From contig NC_068989.1 of NCBI RefSeq assembly GCF_001194135.2, positions 7,504,508 to 7,558,849 of the forward strand: 54,342 nt of DNA, read 5' to 3'. Below are positions 50,425-54,342 of the stretch, one piece after another. The notes under the pieces are model-generated. The model saw nothing but the letters and a program-made list of their open reading frames with translations. It did not search any database and was not told where the DNA came from. The stretch comes from Octopus bimaculoides. Taxonomy: Eukaryota. Each line of letters starts with the position of its first letter. The stretch's first letter is position 1. Position numbers and translations under genes: made by a program.

Positions 50425-51559
50425 CCCGCCTATTGTCTAGAATAATTCAGATGTGAAACTCGGTACTTATTCTACCGTTTTTCTTTGCCGAACCTCTAAT
50501 TAACGGGGACATAATCANNNNNNNNNNNNNNNNNNNNNNNNNNNNNNNNNNNNNNNNNNNNNNNNNNNNNNNNNNNNNNNNNNNNNNNNNNNNNNNNNNN
50601 NNNNNNNNNNNNNNNNNNNNNNNNNNNNNNNNNNNNNNNNNNNNNNNNNNNNNNNNNNNNNNNNNNNNNNNNNNNNNNNNNNNNNNNNNNNNNNNNNNNN
50701 NNNNNNNNNNNNNNNNNNNNNNNNNNNNNNNNNNNNNNNNNNNNNNNNNNNNNNNNNNNNNNNNNNNNNNNNNNNNNNNNNNNNNNNNNNNNNNNNNNNN
50801 NNNNNNNNNNNNNNNNNNNNNNNNNNNNNNNNNNNNNNNNNNNNNNNNNNNNNNNNNNNNNNNNNNNNNNNNNNNNNNNNNNNNNNNNNNNNNNNNNNNN
50901 NNNNNNNNNNNNNNNNNNNNNNNNNNNNNNNNNNNNNNNNNNNNNNNNNNNNNNNNNNNNNNNNNNNNNNNNNNNNNNNNNNNNNNNNNNNNNNNNNNNN
51001 NNNNNNNNNNNNNNNNNNNNNNNNNNNNNNNNNNNNNNNNNNNNNNNNNNNNNNNNNNNNNNNNNNNNNNNNNNNNNNNNNNNNNNNNNNNNNNNNNNNN
51101 NNNNNNNNNNNNNNNNNNNNNNNNNNNNNNNNNNNNNNNNNNNNNNNNNNNNNNNNNNNNNNNNNNNNNNNNNNNNNNNNNNNNNNNNNNNNNNNNNNCA
51201 CACACACACACACACACTCGTACGTAATAGTTTCTAGTTGTTGTTGTTGTTGTGTTTGTAGTCGATTTTTGTCATCAAGCCTCATATTTGTTGTTTGTTT
51301 GTCTATTATTTTTTGTTATTTAAAAAAATTTTTTTTTTGCTCTAAAAACAATATCAGAACAATATTGTTTTGAAAAAAAAATTTGTAATTTGTGAACAGT
51401 TTACGTTTACGAATTCCACTTGAGGGAATTTCGTAGAATAATGTTCCCATGTCGGTTACAGACACATCACACACGCTGACACACGCGCACGCACGCACAC
51501 ACACACATACACACACATACACACACACACACACACATTCACATACGTTCACACATATT

Positions 51560-51634
51560 CACATACGCATACACACGCTCATACACCCACATTCACATAT
51601 TCATACATAATTTTGATCACTATTGTCTTGCAAT

Positions 51635-51683
<49 letters not shown>

Positions 51684-52600
51684 TATTCACACACGATCAT
51701 ACACACACATTCACATATACATAATTTTGATCACCATTCTCTTGCAATGCACTCACACTCACACACATACACACAGAAATACATACATACACACATTCAC
51801 ACATATTCACACACTCACGCACACACATACACACACGCACGCACATTCACATATTCATACATTATGTTGGTCACCGTTCTCTTACTATACACTCACACAC
51901 GAACACTCACACACAAAAATACACATACACAAACATACACACGTCTATAGACATACAAACACACATTTCATATACACACACACGTTCGTATACATATGAA
52001 CACACACACACGCACACACGTTTACATAATCATTCATAATGATGATTACCATTCTCCTACAATGCACACACGTACACACACACTCACATAAACACACAAA
52101 CGCACACACGTCTATAGACATATACATGCAGACACACGTTTCATATACATATGCACGCACACACACACGTCCTCCTACAATGCACACATAGACACACACA
52201 CACATGCGCACACGTACACACACATGCACACATGTACACACACACACATAAACACACAAACACACACACGTTTATAGACATATACATACAGACACACGTT
52301 CCATATGCATATGCACACACACACACATGCTCCTACATAGACACACACACATGGACACATGTACACACACACATAAACACACAAACACACACTTCTACAG
52401 ACATATATATATAGACACACGTTTTATATACATATGCACACACACACGCATACACACACATCCTCCTACAATGCACGCATAGACACACACACATGCACAC
52501 ACGTACACACACATGCACGCACACACATAAACACACACACACACACACACTCACTCATACACACATACATACGCATGAACATACACCAACAAATTCAAAT
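51560..52600. repeat. CA-rich higher-order minisatellite
   Basis: Recurrent modules CACATTCACATATTCATAC..GATCAC..TCTTGCAATGCAC, CACGT(C/T)TATAGACATATACA and CTCCTACAATGCAC. Confidence 0.8.
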
Positions 52601-53221
52601 ACATTCATTATGACATTCGTCATTCTCATACTCCGCAGATACTCAACCATAAACACACTCACATCCCTCCCTCTCTCTCTCATTCTCTCTCTCTAGTTCT
52701 CTCTCTCTAGTTCTCCCTCTTTCTCCCACCTCCCATCATCCCCATCTTCCCCCTCTCATCTCACCTCATGCCCTCTCCGCTCTCTCTCTCTCTCTCTCTC
52801 ACATGCGCACGCATACAACAGAACAGAACCGAGTCGATTATTCCCTGTGAGTACAGACACACCCAAAACTTCCAAACCCTGTCATCCAGAACAATCTATC
52901 TCCCATGACACGTGTTTCCAGCAGCGTGATGATATATTTTCTGAGAATATCTCCAAATTTATTCTTCTCTTTCTTTGCAGTAGACAGACATCCATCTTCT
53001 AATTTTTTCTTTTTTTGCATAAAAACACAATAAGCTATGGCCCCGTCCCTTCTCGAGAGGAGCGAGGTACAGAAAAATGTCTTAGTTTCACATACGTAAT
53101 CTTATTTTTTTTCACTTGTTTCAGGTATTAGATTGCGGCCAAGCTGGGGCACGGATTTGAAGAAATTTATTATTATTATCATTATTATTATTATTATTAT
53201 TATTATTACTACTACTATAAC

Positions 53222-53395
53222 AACTTTGGGGAAAGGGGTAAATCAATTACACCGGCAACAGTGCTAAACAGGTACTTATTTTATCCACCCTGAAAACACG
53301 AAATGTCAAGTCGACCATGGTGGGATTTGAACCACAACATAAAGACGGACGAAATACCGCTAAGCATTTTGCTCTGCGTGCCAACGCTTCTTCCA
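53222..53395 (-). mobile_element. Degenerate SINE F1b
   Basis: GGTACTTATTTTATCCACCC..AAGTCGACC..GACGAAATACCGCTAAGCATTTTG; preceded by (TTA)n tail. Confidence 0.75.
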
Positions 53396-53769
53396 GTTAT
53401 CCACATACATACGCACGTATATAAGCTCTCGTTCTGAGAGTCAATATATGTGTATGAGAGTTAATTAATGAAATCTTATAGTGTGTATACAATTGGAAAT
53501 TTAACACTGTTCATTCGCAAAGCCTTCTTCATATCTATACTGAAAAATAATGGATTTGTTTTTACTGCAGCTAATTAAATACAGTTAGAACGGCGTGGAG
53601 AGAAGTAAGTGATGCTATTGCGAAGAATAATAGGGAGCAAGAATAACAACCAAAGATATTCCATATATCTGAAGAGGCGCCAAAATGCTAATAAAATATG
53701 GAAACTTTTTCTGAAAGTCAATAATGATGTCCACTACAATGGAAGTCTTATCTGATTCTTAATTTCGCT

Positions 53770-54096
53770 GCGTGAGTGTGTGTGCGTGTGTGTGTATGTG
53801 TGTGTGTGTGTGTGTGTGAGTCTTTGTGTTTACGTACGTATTTACTTATACACACGCACATAGGTACAAACACACACATACATACATACATACATGCACA
53901 TATACACATACATACATACATACATACATGCACATATACATATACATACATACATATATACATAGGAAGCCGCTTATTACAATCATGAGAAGGCATTCAG
54001 TCTGTGCGTCCCGAATTCTTTTGTTATTAGCTCGTTATTGCTATCAAAAAGACTTGGCCCCACGATAATCACAATATGCGGCTGTTGCAGTTGCTG

Positions 54097-54135
<39 letters not shown>

Positions 54136-54342
54136 NNNNNNNNNNGCGTGAGTGTGTGTGCGTGTGTGTGTATGTGTGTGTGTGTGTGTGTGTGAGTCTT
54201 TGTGTTTACGTACGTATTTACTTATACACACGCACATAGGTACAAACACACACATACATACATACATACATGCACATATACACATACATACATACATACA
54301 TACATGCACATATACATATACATACATACATATATACATAGG
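53770..54342. other. Probable assembly duplication across a 10-N gap
   Basis: 54146-54342 repeats 53770-~53968 almost exactly; N 54136-54145. Confidence 0.75.

Noticed and set aside
52838-53020. 60-aa ORF (FGDILRKYIITLLETRVMG) as a host exon; similar patch at 5230-5410
   Set aside because: Weakly resembles an RTE LINE C-terminus (GHILR..LEGRVxG); too degenerate to call either way.

Overview
Eukaryotic, AT-rich, gap-ridden draft-assembly sequence: about 20 N-blocks, most bounded by microsatellites. Microsatellite density and SINE families are most consistent with an octopus/coleoid genome; this is inferred from recall of these repeat families, not verified. There is no complete gene, no true tRNA/rRNA and no CRISPR array. 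Most ORFs in the track are microsatellite or N artefacts. Recognisable content: (i) about 35 copies or fragments of four tRNA-derived SINE-like families, labelled F1-F4 here; (ii) decayed autonomous elements: a Penelope-like GIY-YIG endonuclease (6.1-6.6 kb), a Dong/R4-like RT (9.0-9.8 kb), a mariner transposase (27.3-28.1 kb) and a Helitron Rep N-terminal region (34.4-36.5 kb); (iii) small hAT and Tc1 MITEs with TIRs and TSDs; (iv) a few candidate minus-strand exons of an unidentified host gene. The most interesting signal is family F4 (three copies). It combines a Pol III tRNA-like head with a minimal type I hammerhead ribozyme motif whose palindromic stem III (AACGTT) implies dimeric cleavage. 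Both full insertions have 10-11 bp TSDs and an inverted copy of their own 3' tail at the 5' end. In one copy the inversion junction falls at the predicted self-cleavage site. This suggests a ribozyme-processed, Penelope-mobilised SINE/retrozyme hybrid.
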